In this document: positions 27,214-35,494 of the stretch, in pieces
Layout of the letters: every line of letters begins with the position of its first letter
Numbering within the stretch: position 1 is the first letter of the stretch
Source: Mycobacterium sp.
GTDB taxonomy: Bacteria > Actinomycetota > Actinomycetes > Mycobacteriales > Mycobacteriaceae
NCBI GenBank assembly: GCA_032159965.1
Contig: JAVHWG010000491.1
Span: forward strand, 1-45,375
Length of the DNA: 45,375 nucleotides
Direction of reading: 5' to 3'
The notes under the pieces: generated by a model
Told to the model about the DNA's origin: nothing
Databases searched by the model: none
The model's input: only the letters and a program-made list of their open reading frames with translations
Translations under genes and position numbers: made by a program

Positions 27214-27431
27214 TTACCCTCCCAATCCTCCGTTGCTACACCAACCCATGACCTTAGCCGCTTGGCCTGCAATAACGGGAGAGATTGGCAACACAGTTGC
27301 GCGCCGGGAGTGTCAATAACCACTTTCGGGCCCACTCGGTCCCGGTTGCGACGGCCGTCCACGACGGACTGCTGCAGGCCGTGTGCGCGCAAAACCCATG
27401 TCGGATACCGCTGCCCACCGCGAGATCACCC

Positions 27432-27459
27432 GGTTTCGCGGCTGTGCGATCAGGGGAAT
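27432..27459 (+). promoter_or_regulatory. SigF-like promoter upstream of udgX
   Basis: GGTTT-N17-GGGAAT, 9 nt before ATG 27469; one mismatch to the mycobacterial SigF consensus GGWWT-N16/17-GGGTAY. Confidence 0.55.
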
Positions 27460-27468
27460 ATGTGCCTA

Positions 27469-28122
27469 ATGGCCGGGAACGCAGTGAGCGGAGCGCGCGA
27501 ATTCGTGCCCGAGACGCAAGATCTCGACGCGCTCGCGGCTGCTGCCCGGGGGTGCCGCGGGTGCGATCTGTACCAGGCCGCCGATCAGACGGTGTTTGGG
27601 TCAGGTCCTGGCTCCGCGCGGGTGGTAATGGTGGGCGAGCAACCGGGTGACCAGGAGGACCGGGCGGGCTTGCCGTTTGTCGGGCCGGCCGGAAAATTGC
27701 TGGACAAGGCCCTGGTCGCTGCGGGCATCGACCGTGACGGCGTTTACGTGACCAACGCGGTCAAGCATTTCAAATTCGCTCAGGCAGAACGCGGCAAACG
27801 TCGGATTCACAAGACTCCCAGCCGAACCGAGGTCGTGGCCTGTCGGCCGTGGCTCATAGCCGAAAACGGAGCCGTGCAGCCGGAGCTGGTTGTCTTACTC
27901 GGCGCGACCGCCGCGAAATCGTTGATGGGCAATGACTTCCGCATCACTGAGCAACGTGGCAAGGCACTGCGGATGCCGGACGATCTGCATTTCGGCGTCG
28001 AGCCGCATCTGGTGGCCACCGTGCATCCGTCATCGGTGCTGCGCGGCCCGCCTGATGACCGCGCCAAGGCGTTCGACGGGCTGGTCGCTGATCTGCGCGT
28101 TGCCGCGGGACTACTGGGGTGA
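27469..28122 (+). CDS. udgX: UdgX family uracil-DNA binding protein (family 4 UDG-like, Fe-S)
   Basis: CRGCDL, GEQPGDQED, TNAVKHFKF, diagnostic KRRIH loop, HPSS motif. Confidence 0.92.
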   Translation: MAGNAVSGAREFVPETQDLDALAAAARGCRGCDLYQAADQTVFGSGPGSARVVMVGEQPGDQEDRAGLPFVGPAGKLLDKALVAAGIDRDGVYVTNAVKHFKFAQAERGKRRIHKTPSRTEVVACRPWLIAENGAVQPELVVLLGATAAKSLMGNDFRITEQRGKALRMPDDLHFGVEPHLVATVHPSSVLRGPPDDRAKAFDGLVADLRVAAGLLG

Positions 28123-28125
28123 CCG

Positions 28126-28377
28126 TCAGGCACGCCGCCGGAACAGCGGGTATGCCTGAGGATTCCCGTGAATGTCGAGTGAGGCCGACCAGTGGTACAG
28201 CTGCCAGCCCGCATCTTCGACCGCTTCGATCATCTCGGCCCAGCCGCTGATCGATCCGGGCATCTCGCGACTGGTGGTCGTGGTAAGCGTCGGGGTGAAG
28301 ATCCAGCGACCCTGCTGCAGTGCGCGCTGTGCCTCGATGCGAAGCACTGCGGCTTTGGTGTCCTTGACGGTCGCCAT
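28126..28377 (-). CDS. Small hypothetical protein (83 aa)
   Basis: ATG 28377, 6 nt after TAACGT; plausible globular sequence with a ..EDAGWQL..PLFRRR pattern; fills the gap between neighbouring genes. Confidence 0.7.
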   Translation of the reverse strand: MATVKDTKAAVLRIEAQRALQQGRWIFTPTLTTTTSREMPGSISGWAEMIEAVEDAGWQLYHWSASLDIHGNPQAYPLFRRRA

Positions 28378-28487
28378 GGGCAAACGTTAGCCAGACATTG
28401 GATTGGCCCTGCTGCGCGAAACGGCTGGTTCGCAAAGCGTTAGCCGAAGGTTGCACGACCGACATCAACCCGCGCTGGGCAGGAGTT

Positions 28488-28793
28488 TCACGGCGCCCAG
28501 ACACCATAGGGAACGTAGGGGTCGGTGCCGAACGGCACGAGCGGATCGGCACCACCGATGGTCTGGTCCTGCGGAAACGTGCTTATCTCCCCACCTGGAG
28601 GAAGTGCGACGGTACCCCGAGGCGCTGCTGCCGGTATGGGCACGGCGACCTGAGACGGCTGCGGCGCCGCGACAGCCGGCGCAGGCGCTGGGGACGTGCT
28701 GTCACTGTCGATGGCGGCCGCGGTGGGCGCTACGCCGATGGCAAACGCGGTAGCCAAACCCGCCACAATGCAGGGCAGTGTCAAGTTCTTCAT
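28488..28793 (-). CDS. Small secreted Pro/Ala-rich hypothetical protein
   Basis: GAGAGGAAG RBS; MKNLTLPCIVAGLATAFAIGVAPTAAA signal peptide; C-terminal GADPLVPFGTDPYVPYG repeat. Confidence 0.72.
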   Translation of the reverse strand: MKNLTLPCIVAGLATAFAIGVAPTAAAIDSDSTSPAPAPAVAAPQPSQVAVPIPAAAPRGTVALPPGGEISTFPQDQTIGGADPLVPFGTDPYVPYGVWAP

Positions 28794-28989
28794 GGTGATG
28801 GTCTTCCTCTCCGAAGGTGGCGCGTCGGTCAGGGACTCGGTGGCTTTCACTTGGCTTGTCCTGCCGCGTCTTTGAATAGGCGTCCGGGTTACGCGCGCGA
28901 ACAGTTGCTCTGCATGAAAGCCGCGAGTCGACCGCGAACCGCGCCATGTCGCCGACAACGCGGTGTCTGTTTCGGCGCTAGGGAGAAAG

Positions 28990-29060
28990 AGCGAGTGGCG
29001 GGATTCGAACCCGCGTAGACGGCTTTGCAGGCCGGTGCCTAGCCTCTCAGCCACACCCGC
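28990..29060 (-). tRNA. tRNA-Cys(GCA)
   Basis: GCGGGTG/CACTCGC acceptor stem, anticodon loop CT-GCA-AA, T arm GCGGG-TTCGAAT-CCCGC, U73 discriminator. CCA is not encoded. Confidence 0.92.
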
Positions 29061-29144
29061 GTCGCTTCGGACCATGCCTGCTGTCAGGCCGACATTCCAG
29101 TGTTTCTCTCACCGTGATTCCGCCGGCGCTGGCAAGGTACCTGT

Positions 29145-29900
29145 ATGGAGTGGTGGCTCGCGGGCGATCCTGGCTTCTTCTACGGACCAGGCCAAGGCAC
29201 CCGGCAGATCATCGAACTGATCGCGGCGTTCTGCCTGACGGCGCTGATCGGCCTGGAGCGCGAGATCCAGGGAAAGAGTGCAGGCATTCGCACTCAGGCG
29301 ATCGTGGGAACGTCCGCCGCGCTGATTCTCATCATCAGCAAGTACGGCTTCGCAGACGTCCTCGTTCCTGGGACGGTCGAAGTCGACCCGTCCCGGGTGG
29401 CGGCTCAAATCGTCTCGGGCATCGGATTTCTCGGCGCCGGGCTGATCATCACCCGCAGCGGAGCAGTGCACGGGTTGACCACCGCGGCCGCGATCTGGGA
29501 GTGCGCAGCCATCGGCATGGCGGCGGGAGCCGGACTTCTGCTCCTGGCCAGCACTGTCACCGCCCTGCATTTCGTCATCATTTTCGGGTTCGCACCACTC
29601 GCGAGGCGGCTCGCGAAGCGGTTGCGCGGCACGATTCGCCTGTTGGTTACCTACCAGGATGGGCAGGGCGTGCTCCGGCAGCTTCTCAGCGCGTGCGAAA
29701 AGCATGGCTGGCAGGTCACATCCGTCGCCACCACCGCACCGACGTCGCGCCGTCTTGTCGACGGGCCACAGTCGGCCGGCGACGTCGGAGTCGACATGAC
29801 GGTGTCCGGCACCGGAGTGCTGCGCGCGACGAGGGTGCTCGCCACGGTGAACGGGGTCAGCTCGGTGGAGCAGCTCGAGGACATTAATGCCAATGAGTAG
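29145..29900 (+). CDS. MgtC/SapB family membrane protein with C-terminal ACT-like domain
   Basis: IGLEREIQGKSAGIRT, DPSRVAAQIVSGIGFLGAG and GLTTAAAIW motifs. Confidence 0.92.
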   Translation: MEWWLAGDPGFFYGPGQGTRQIIELIAAFCLTALIGLEREIQGKSAGIRTQAIVGTSAALILIISKYGFADVLVPGTVEVDPSRVAAQIVSGIGFLGAGLIITRSGAVHGLTTAAAIWECAAIGMAAGAGLLLLASTVTALHFVIIFGFAPLARRLAKRLRGTIRLLVTYQDGQGVLRQLLSACEKHGWQVTSVATTAPTSRRLVDGPQSAGDVGVDMTVSGTGVLRATRVLATVNGVSSVEQLEDINANE

Positions 29901-30770
29901 TCAGCGGTGCGCGCCCCAACGCGGCGCGAAGGCGCCCGGCGGGAAGAGCCCGGTGTCGAGGATTGCTTGGCGTGCCGTGCCGGCAAACTGATCCAACCCG
30001 GCGGCATCGCGCTCGGTGACCGTCTTCCATGGGGCCGACGCCAGCCGGTCGGTGAGATCCTCGATCTCAGTACGCAATTGGATCCCCTTCGACGTGAGCG
30101 CACCCGCGTGGTCCAGCACACCGCGATGCCGCAGCCGGTCCACCGCGGCAGCCCACTGCTCCTCGCTCCAGCCTCTCAGCCGGCGCGCGAAATCGGCGGT
30201 GAACCCGATTCCACTGGCGGTGTGGGTTATCAGCGCCTCGATCCCACTGAGCCGGTAGGTGACCAGAGCCGCGATGTGGCCGTCGCCGCGGTACTCGCGC
30301 AGCAGAGTCACCGCATGCCAGAGCCGCGAGTGCGCCGATGTGGGCCAGGGGAGTTCGGCGTGGCCCGCGTAAAGCGGCCGACCGTCGGAGTCCGGAATCG
30401 CCTCGGCCACACGGCACAAAACGTCCGCGGCCCGGCTCAATTCCGCCGATCGAGCCAGGTCCTCCCCCAAGACGCTCGGCAGAAGTTCCTCAACGATCTG
30501 ATAGCGGGTGTCGGTCACGGTCTGCGGCGACGCCATGTCCCACGCCGCCGGGATCGACGCGGCGATCAGTTCCTGGTTGAAGTTGTAGAAGGTGGCGGTC
30601 ACCACGGTTGTCACGACGGCACCCATCGGTGCCGATCGGGCCGCGAAATACGCTGTCATTCCTTGCATCCCGAGTGCGCCGAAGCGTTCCGCGGTCGCGG
30701 GCAGAAAGTAGGCGACCGAGTGCAGCGGGTCCAAGGTGCGCGTGAGCCGGCCGGCAACGAATGCATCCAC
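29901..30770 (-). CDS. SCO6745-family (SalK/EvbL-like) protein
   Basis: YFAARSAPMG, ATFYNF, GRPLYAG, LLREYRGDGH, RGWSEEQW and IEDLTD motifs. GTG 30770 lies 7 nt after TAGAGT. Confidence 0.8.
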   Translation of the reverse strand: MDAFVAGRLTRTLDPLHSVAYFLPATAERFGALGMQGMTAYFAARSAPMGAVVTTVVTATFYNFNQELIAASIPAAWDMASPQTVTDTRYQIVEELLPSVLGEDLARSAELSRAADVLCRVAEAIPDSDGRPLYAGHAELPWPTSAHSRLWHAVTLLREYRGDGHIAALVTYRLSGIEALITHTASGIGFTADFARRLRGWSEEQWAAAVDRLRHRGVLDHAGALTSKGIQLRTEIEDLTDRLASAPWKTVTERDAAGLDQFAGTARQAILDTGLFPPGAFAPRWGAHR

Positions 30771-30780
30771 GTGCCGGACT

Positions 30781-32181
30781 CTACTTCGCTGTGGGTGCGG
30801 CTTTGTACGCGGCAACGACTCCGACCGTCGCAAGGACAGCGAAGACTATGAACAGCCAACGCGCGGCGTCGATGTCATGGCCGGGTGCCGCGTTGACCAC
30901 CACGCCGGCCAGACCCGCGCCGAATGCGCCTGAGATCAACTGGACGGTGTTGATCGCCGCGGCTGCAGTGCCGCCCTCGACCGGGTCGCCGACGGCACCC
31001 ATGATCCGGGCAGACAGGTGCGGCCAGGCTATGCCGACGCCACAACCCGCGAGGAAGAGTGCGACCACCCAGACCGCGATCACCGGCCACGTCGGCTGCT
31101 CGTCCACGCTGACAGCGGCGAGCCCTAGTCCGATCGCCATCACCGCCGGCGAGGCGGCCACCAACCGGGTGACCAGGCGGGGCCGGTCGATCGACGCGCT
31201 GACGATCTCCGAGAGCGTCCAGCCGACCGCCAGTACCGCCCCGAGAAAGCCGGCGGTCAGCGGGATGAGGCCCGCGAGCCGCTGACCGAACAACGGCACA
31301 TACATGTCGACCATGGTCGACGCCATCAGCACACCGATGGTGACGTACATCCACTTCAGCGGTCCTGGCCCGAAGACGGCGCGTGGCAACACCGTAGCCC
31401 GGGCCCGCCGGTCGACGACGAGGAAGCAGCCCACCAGCGCGACGCCCGCAACCAAGAGAGCCGCTGTCAAGGCAGGCCCCCGTTGGACACCGGCAATGCT
31501 GATGGTCAGGGCCGCGGCACCGAGCAACAACAAGGACCAGATCGGAATCCGCGTCGCCGCAACAGATGTGGGAGCGGCGCGCTCGCGCGGTGGCAATGCG
31601 CCCGGCACCAGCGCGGCCATCGCCAATGTGGCGATCGCCAACGAGCCGAAAGCCCAACGCCAGATGCCGAATTGAGCGAACACACCCCCCAGGGCCGGTC
31701 CGACGATGACGCTGACACCCCACATCGCCGACACCAATGCTGATGCCCGAGTCCACAGCGAACTGGGCAGGGCGGCGTTGATCACCGCGTAGCCAAGTCC
31801 CGCGAGCATGCCGCCGGCCGCTCCCTGCAGTGTTCGGGCGACAAGGAGCCACCCCATCGTGGGCGCAGCGGCACACACGGCCGTGCCCGCAGCGAATGCC
31901 ATCAGCGTGAGCAGGTATGACGTCCGCGGCCCGAATCGCACCAGAAGCGGGTTGACCGCAGTGGCCGCAACCACTGACGCGACAAGGTAGACCGTCACGA
32001 CCCACGCGTAGAAGCGCTGCCCGCCGATGTCCGCGATGGCTGTGGGCAGCAGAATGATGGTGAGGAACTCGTTTGTGGCGTACATCGCCACTCCACCGGC
32101 AAGGACGGTGACCGTGCCGAGCCGCTCGCGGCCCAGCAGATCACCCCATGTGCCTGTCTTCAACGCCTCGGCATCGCCCAC
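30781..32181 (-). CDS. MFS drug-efflux-type transporter (Rv1634-like)
   Basis: About 14 TM helices, RFGPR motif A variant, ARTLQG, GPALGG motif C. Start moved to GTG 32181 because the -10 element overlaps GTG 32190. Confidence 0.9.
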   Translation of the reverse strand: MGDAEALKTGTWGDLLGRERLGTVTVLAGGVAMYATNEFLTIILLPTAIADIGGQRFYAWVVTVYLVASVVAATAVNPLLVRFGPRTSYLLTLMAFAAGTAVCAAAPTMGWLLVARTLQGAAGGMLAGLGYAVINAALPSSLWTRASALVSAMWGVSVIVGPALGGVFAQFGIWRWAFGSLAIATLAMAALVPGALPPRERAAPTSVAATRIPIWSLLLLGAAALTISIAGVQRGPALTAALLVAGVALVGCFLVVDRRARATVLPRAVFGPGPLKWMYVTIGVLMASTMVDMYVPLFGQRLAGLIPLTAGFLGAVLAVGWTLSEIVSASIDRPRLVTRLVAASPAVMAIGLGLAAVSVDEQPTWPVIAVWVVALFLAGCGVGIAWPHLSARIMGAVGDPVEGGTAAAAINTVQLISGAFGAGLAGVVVNAAPGHDIDAARWLFIVFAVLATVGVVAAYKAAPTAK

Positions 32182-32188
32182 CCGGTCC

Positions 32189-32219
32189 ACGCTAGGGCCT
32201 CAACCGAGGTTGAGATCAA
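32189..32219 (-). promoter_or_regulatory. MerR/SoxR-type promoter with operator
   Basis: TTGATC-N19-TAGCGT with the palindrome CTCAACC-TC-GGTTGAG (32199-32214) in the spacer. Confidence 0.8.
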
Positions 32220-32240
32220 GCGGCCACCAGAGCGCACGGG

Positions 32241-34400
32241 CTACTTCAACCCGGCCGCGTCCATTCCCCGGAGTTCCTTCTTGAGGTCGGCGATTTCGTC
32301 GCGAATCCGGGCGGCGAGTTCGAACTGCAGGTCACGGGCGGCGGCCATCATCTGTGCGGTCAGTTCTTTGATCAGGTCGGCGAGTTCTGCACGCGGCATG
32401 TTCGACGTGTCGCGGCCCTCGTAGATACCGGCGCTGACGGCACGTCCCGGCTCGCCCTGGGCCCGGCGACCCCGAGACACGTTACGGCCCGAGCCACCGA
32501 CCTCGACCCTGTCGGAGTCCTCGGCCTCGCGATACACCTGGTCGAGGATGTCGGCGATCTTCTTGCGCAGTGGCGTCGGATCGATGCCGTTCGCCTCGTT
32601 GTACGCGACCTGTTTCGCACGACGGCGGTCCGTCTCGTCGATGGCCTCGCGCATCGAGTCGGTGATCTTGTCGGCGTACATGTGCACCTCGCCCGACACG
32701 TTGCGGGCGGCGCGGCCGATGGTCTGGATCAGGCTGCGCGCCGACCGGAGGAACCCTTCCTTGTCGGCATCCAGGATCGCGACCAGCGACACCTCCGGCA
32801 GGTCGAGGCCCTCGCGCAGCAGATTGATGCCGATGAGCACGTCGTAGTCACCGAGCCGCAACTGCCGCAGCAGTTCGACCCGTCGCAAGGTGTCGACCTC
32901 CGAGTGCAGGTACCGCACGCGGATGCCCATCTCCAGCAGATAGTCGGTGAGGTCTTCGGCCATCTTCTTGGTGAGAGTGGTGACCAGCACGCGTTCGTCG
33001 GCGTCCGCGCGTTTGCGGATCTCTCCGATCAAGTCGTCGATCTGACCCTTGGTCGGTTTCACGACGATTTTCGGATCAACCAGCCCCGTCGGCCGGATCA
33101 CCTGCTCGACGAACTCGCCCTGCGTCTGACTCAGCTCATACGGGCCGGGCGTCGCGGACAGGTACACCGTCTGGCCGATCCGATCCGCGAACTCTTCCCA
33201 CGTGAGCGGTCGGTTGTCGACGGCCGAGGGGAGACGGAATCCAAAATCCACCAGGTTGCGCTTTCGGGACATGTCGCCCTCGTACATGCCGCCGATCTGC
33301 GGAACGGTCACATGCGACTCGTCGATGACGAGCAGGAAATCTTCTGGGAAGTAGTCGATGAGGGTCGCCGGCGCCGACCCCGCGGGGCGGGCGTCGATGT
33401 GTCGCGAGTAGTTCTCGATCCCCGAGCAGAAGCCGACCTGCCGCATCATCTCCACGTCGTAGTTGGTCCGCATCCGCAGCCGCTGCGCCTCCAGAAGCTT
33501 GCCCTGCCGTTCGAGTTCGGCCAGCCGCTCGGCGAGCTCCGCCTCGATGGTCGAGATCGCGTGGGCCATGCGCTCCGGGCCCGCCACGTAATGGGTGGCG
33601 GGGAAGATCCGCAGCGAGTCGACCTGGCGGACCACGTCGCCGGTCAGCGGGTGCAGGTAGTACAGCGCCTCGATCTCGTCGCCGAAGAACTCGATGCGCA
33701 CCGCGAGTTCCTCGTACGACGGAATGATCTCGACGGTGTCGCCGCGAACCCGGAACGAGCCGCGGGTGAACGACAGGTCGTTGCGGGCGTATTGGACGTC
33801 GACCAACAGCCGAAGCAGCCCGTCACGGGGCACATCGGCGCCCACCTGCAGTTCGACTGACCTGTCCAGATACGACTGCGGGGTGCCGAGGCCGTAGATG
33901 CACGACACAGAGGCCACGACGACCACATCCCGCCTGGAGAGCAGGCTGGATGTCGCTGAGTGGCGCAGCCGCTCGACATCGTCGTTGATGGAACTGTCCT
34001 TCTCGATGTACGTGTCGGTCTGGGCGATGTAGGCCTCTGGCTGGTAATAGTCGTAGTACGAGACGAAATACTCGACTGCGTTGTGCGGCAACATTTCTCG
34101 TAGTTCGTTTGCGAGCTGTGCGGCCAGCGTCTTATTGGGGGCCATCACCAGCGTTGGCCGCTGGAGCCGCTCGATCAGCCATGCCGTTGTGGCGGACTTT
34201 CCCGTACCGGTGGCCCCGAGCAGCACGACGTCACGCTCGCCGGAAGTGATGCGACGCTCGAGGTCATCGATCGCGGCGGGCTGGTCCCCCGCGGGTGCAT
34301 AAGGGCTGACCACCTCGAAGCGTCCGCCAGTGCGGACCACATCGTCGACGGCGCGGTACTCCGAGTGCGCCAGCACAGGATGTTCGGTAGCGAATGCCAT
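32241..34400 (-). CDS. uvrB: Excinuclease ABC subunit B
   Basis: [25 protein letters not shown] and C-terminal UVR motif. Real start is MAFATEHP at 34400. Confidence 0.98.
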   Translation of the reverse strand: MAFATEHPVLAHSEYRAVDDVVRTGGRFEVVSPYAPAGDQPAAIDDLERRITSGERDVVLLGATGTGKSATTAWLIERLQRPTLVMAPNKTLAAQLANELREMLPHNAVEYFVSYYDYYQPEAYIAQTDTYIEKDSSINDDVERLRHSATSSLLSRRDVVVVASVSCIYGLGTPQSYLDRSVELQVGADVPRDGLLRLLVDVQYARNDLSFTRGSFRVRGDTVEIIPSYEELAVRIEFFGDEIEALYYLHPLTGDVVRQVDSLRIFPATHYVAGPERMAHAISTIEAELAERLAELERQGKLLEAQRLRMRTNYDVEMMRQVGFCSGIENYSRHIDARPAGSAPATLIDYFPEDFLLVIDESHVTVPQIGGMYEGDMSRKRNLVDFGFRLPSAVDNRPLTWEEFADRIGQTVYLSATPGPYELSQTQGEFVEQVIRPTGLVDPKIVVKPTKGQIDDLIGEIRKRADADERVLVTTLTKKMAEDLTDYLLEMGIRVRYLHSEVDTLRRVELLRQLRLGDYDVLIGINLLREGLDLPEVSLVAILDADKEGFLRSARSLIQTIGRAARNVSGEVHMYADKITDSMREAIDETDRRRAKQVAYNEANGIDPTPLRKKIADILDQVYREAEDSDRVEVGGSGRNVSRGRRAQGEPGRAVSAGIYEGRDTSNMPRAELADLIKELTAQMMAAARDLQFELAARIRDEIADLKKELRGMDAAGLK

Positions 34401-34407
34401 ATCTACA

Positions 34408-34429
34408 AGCGTAGAACCAGCCACCGACA
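34408..34429 (-). promoter_or_regulatory. PafBC / RecA-NDp promoter of uvrB (leaderless)
   Basis: TGTCGG-N10-TACGCT, 7 nt before the ATG. Confidence 0.85.
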
Positions 34430-34460
34430 CCGTCTTGTTCCCGGCCTCTATGCTGGCGAC

Positions 34461-34967
34461 ATCCATCCGGCGAAACACGAAACGTTCGACCTCGTCGCGC
34501 GCACCAACACCGATCCGAAAGGCATCGTGCGTGCCGTCGACGTGTACACAGTGCAGCCGTGGGGGCTCTACATGGCCCGGCCGACGCCCGGCCGCCAGCA
34601 GTTCCGCTACCTGGAATCGTGGCTTCTGCCGTCGCTGAGCCTGCGTGCCAGCGTATTCCACTTCAACCCGGGTCACGAGCAGGACTACGACTACTACCTC
34701 GACGTCGGAACCTACACGGCGGGCCCTTCGACCTGGCATTCCGAGGACCACTACGTCGATCTGCTGGTGCGCGAGGGCGACGGAGTCGAGCTCACCGATG
34801 TCGACGAACTGCTCGACGCCGTCCGGCACGGCCTGCTGACCCCCGAAATCGCCGAGCATGCGATCCGGAGCGCGGTCGCGGCGGTGGACGGCCTGGCTCG
34901 GCATCGGTACAGCCTCGACGGATGGCTCGGTGCTGGCGGTATGTCGCTCACCTGGGCAGGTAGGTAA
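34461..34967 (+). CDS. DUF402 domain protein (Rv1632c-like)
   Basis: [23 protein letters not shown] and DHYVDL..DVDEL motifs. Start is either ATC 34461 or GTG 34527. Confidence 0.82.
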   Translation: MHPAKHETFDLVARTNTDPKGIVRAVDVYTVQPWGLYMARPTPGRQQFRYLESWLLPSLSLRASVFHFNPGHEQDYDYYLDVGTYTAGPSTWHSEDHYVDLLVREGDGVELTDVDELLDAVRHGLLTPEIAEHAIRSAVAAVDGLARHRYSLDGWLGAGGMSLTWAGR

Positions 34968-34993
34968 CAGGCACATTCGATAGTCTCTGGACC

Positions 34994-35494
34994 ATGAGTT
35001 CGACCACGCGCGGGTGGATCGCGATTGCCGCAGCGGCGGTGGTTTCAGCCGCGGGACAGATAGCCGTCCCTATCGCATCGGCCGATGATCCTGCCGGCGG
35101 ATCCCACAACGTCACCTACCGTGCCCGCATCGATGGCGTTTCCCGCGGCCTGACGATCACGTACAACATGACCGACACCGAGGTTCAGACCGCCAGCCCG
35201 ACGGTCCTGCCGGGCGAGACATTCGAGGCGAACGCGGTACTGGCCGACCCGAAGAAGGCCGGGATGGAGATCTCGATCAGGTGGCCCTATAGCGCCAACC
35301 TGCACTGCGAGATCCTGGTGGACGACGAGATCACCGCCCAGGCCGACGACTTCATCAAGCCGACATTGCTTCCGCAAAGCAGTGATCCGGGGTACGGGCT
35401 GATGCCCTGCGGTGCGGAGCTGGTCAACGCCGCCGCAGTCAACGCGGGTAACCAGCCGGCCACCGGCACAGCGGCTACCGCGCCGCCGCCCTGA
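34994..35494 (+). CDS. Hypothetical exported protein (MmpS-like beta domain)
   Basis: Signal peptide ending ASA-DD; HNVTY...LHCEILVDD pattern; TAGTCT 7 nt before the ATG. Confidence 0.72.
   Translation: MSSTTRGWIAIAAAAVVSAAGQIAVPIASADDPAGGSHNVTYRARIDGVSRGLTITYNMTDTEVQTASPTVLPGETFEANAVLADPKKAGMEISIRWPYSANLHCEILVDDEITAQADDFIKPTLLPQSSDPGYGLMPCGAELVNAAAVNAGNQPATGTAATAPPP

Noticed and set aside
26989-27468. N-terminal extension of the UdgX ORF
   Set aside because: It overlaps the USP gene antisense; family similarity starts at about ATG 27469.
28860-28900. ECF (SigD-like) promoter GTAAC-N17-GAC upstream of the small secreted gene
   Set aside because: The match is too short and the -10 is imperfect; it cannot be supported.
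27214-29060. Integrative element or prophage at tRNA-Cys
   Set aside because: No integrase, no duplicated tRNA 3' end found by eye, and no phage structural genes.
29061-29144. Mg2+ (M-box) riboswitch ahead of mgtC
   Set aside because: Only 84 bp separate the tRNA from mgtC, too short for an M-box, and no recognisable motif is present.
32682-33860. 392-aa plus-strand ORF (similarly 1968-3158, 29907-30851, 36766-38016, 42126-43220)
   Set aside because: All lie antisense to well-supported genes and have shadow-frame composition.
34401-34976. Apparent 190-aa N-terminal extension of UvrB
   Set aside because: It overlaps the DUF402 gene on the opposite strand, and a PafBC promoter sits directly before ATG 34400.
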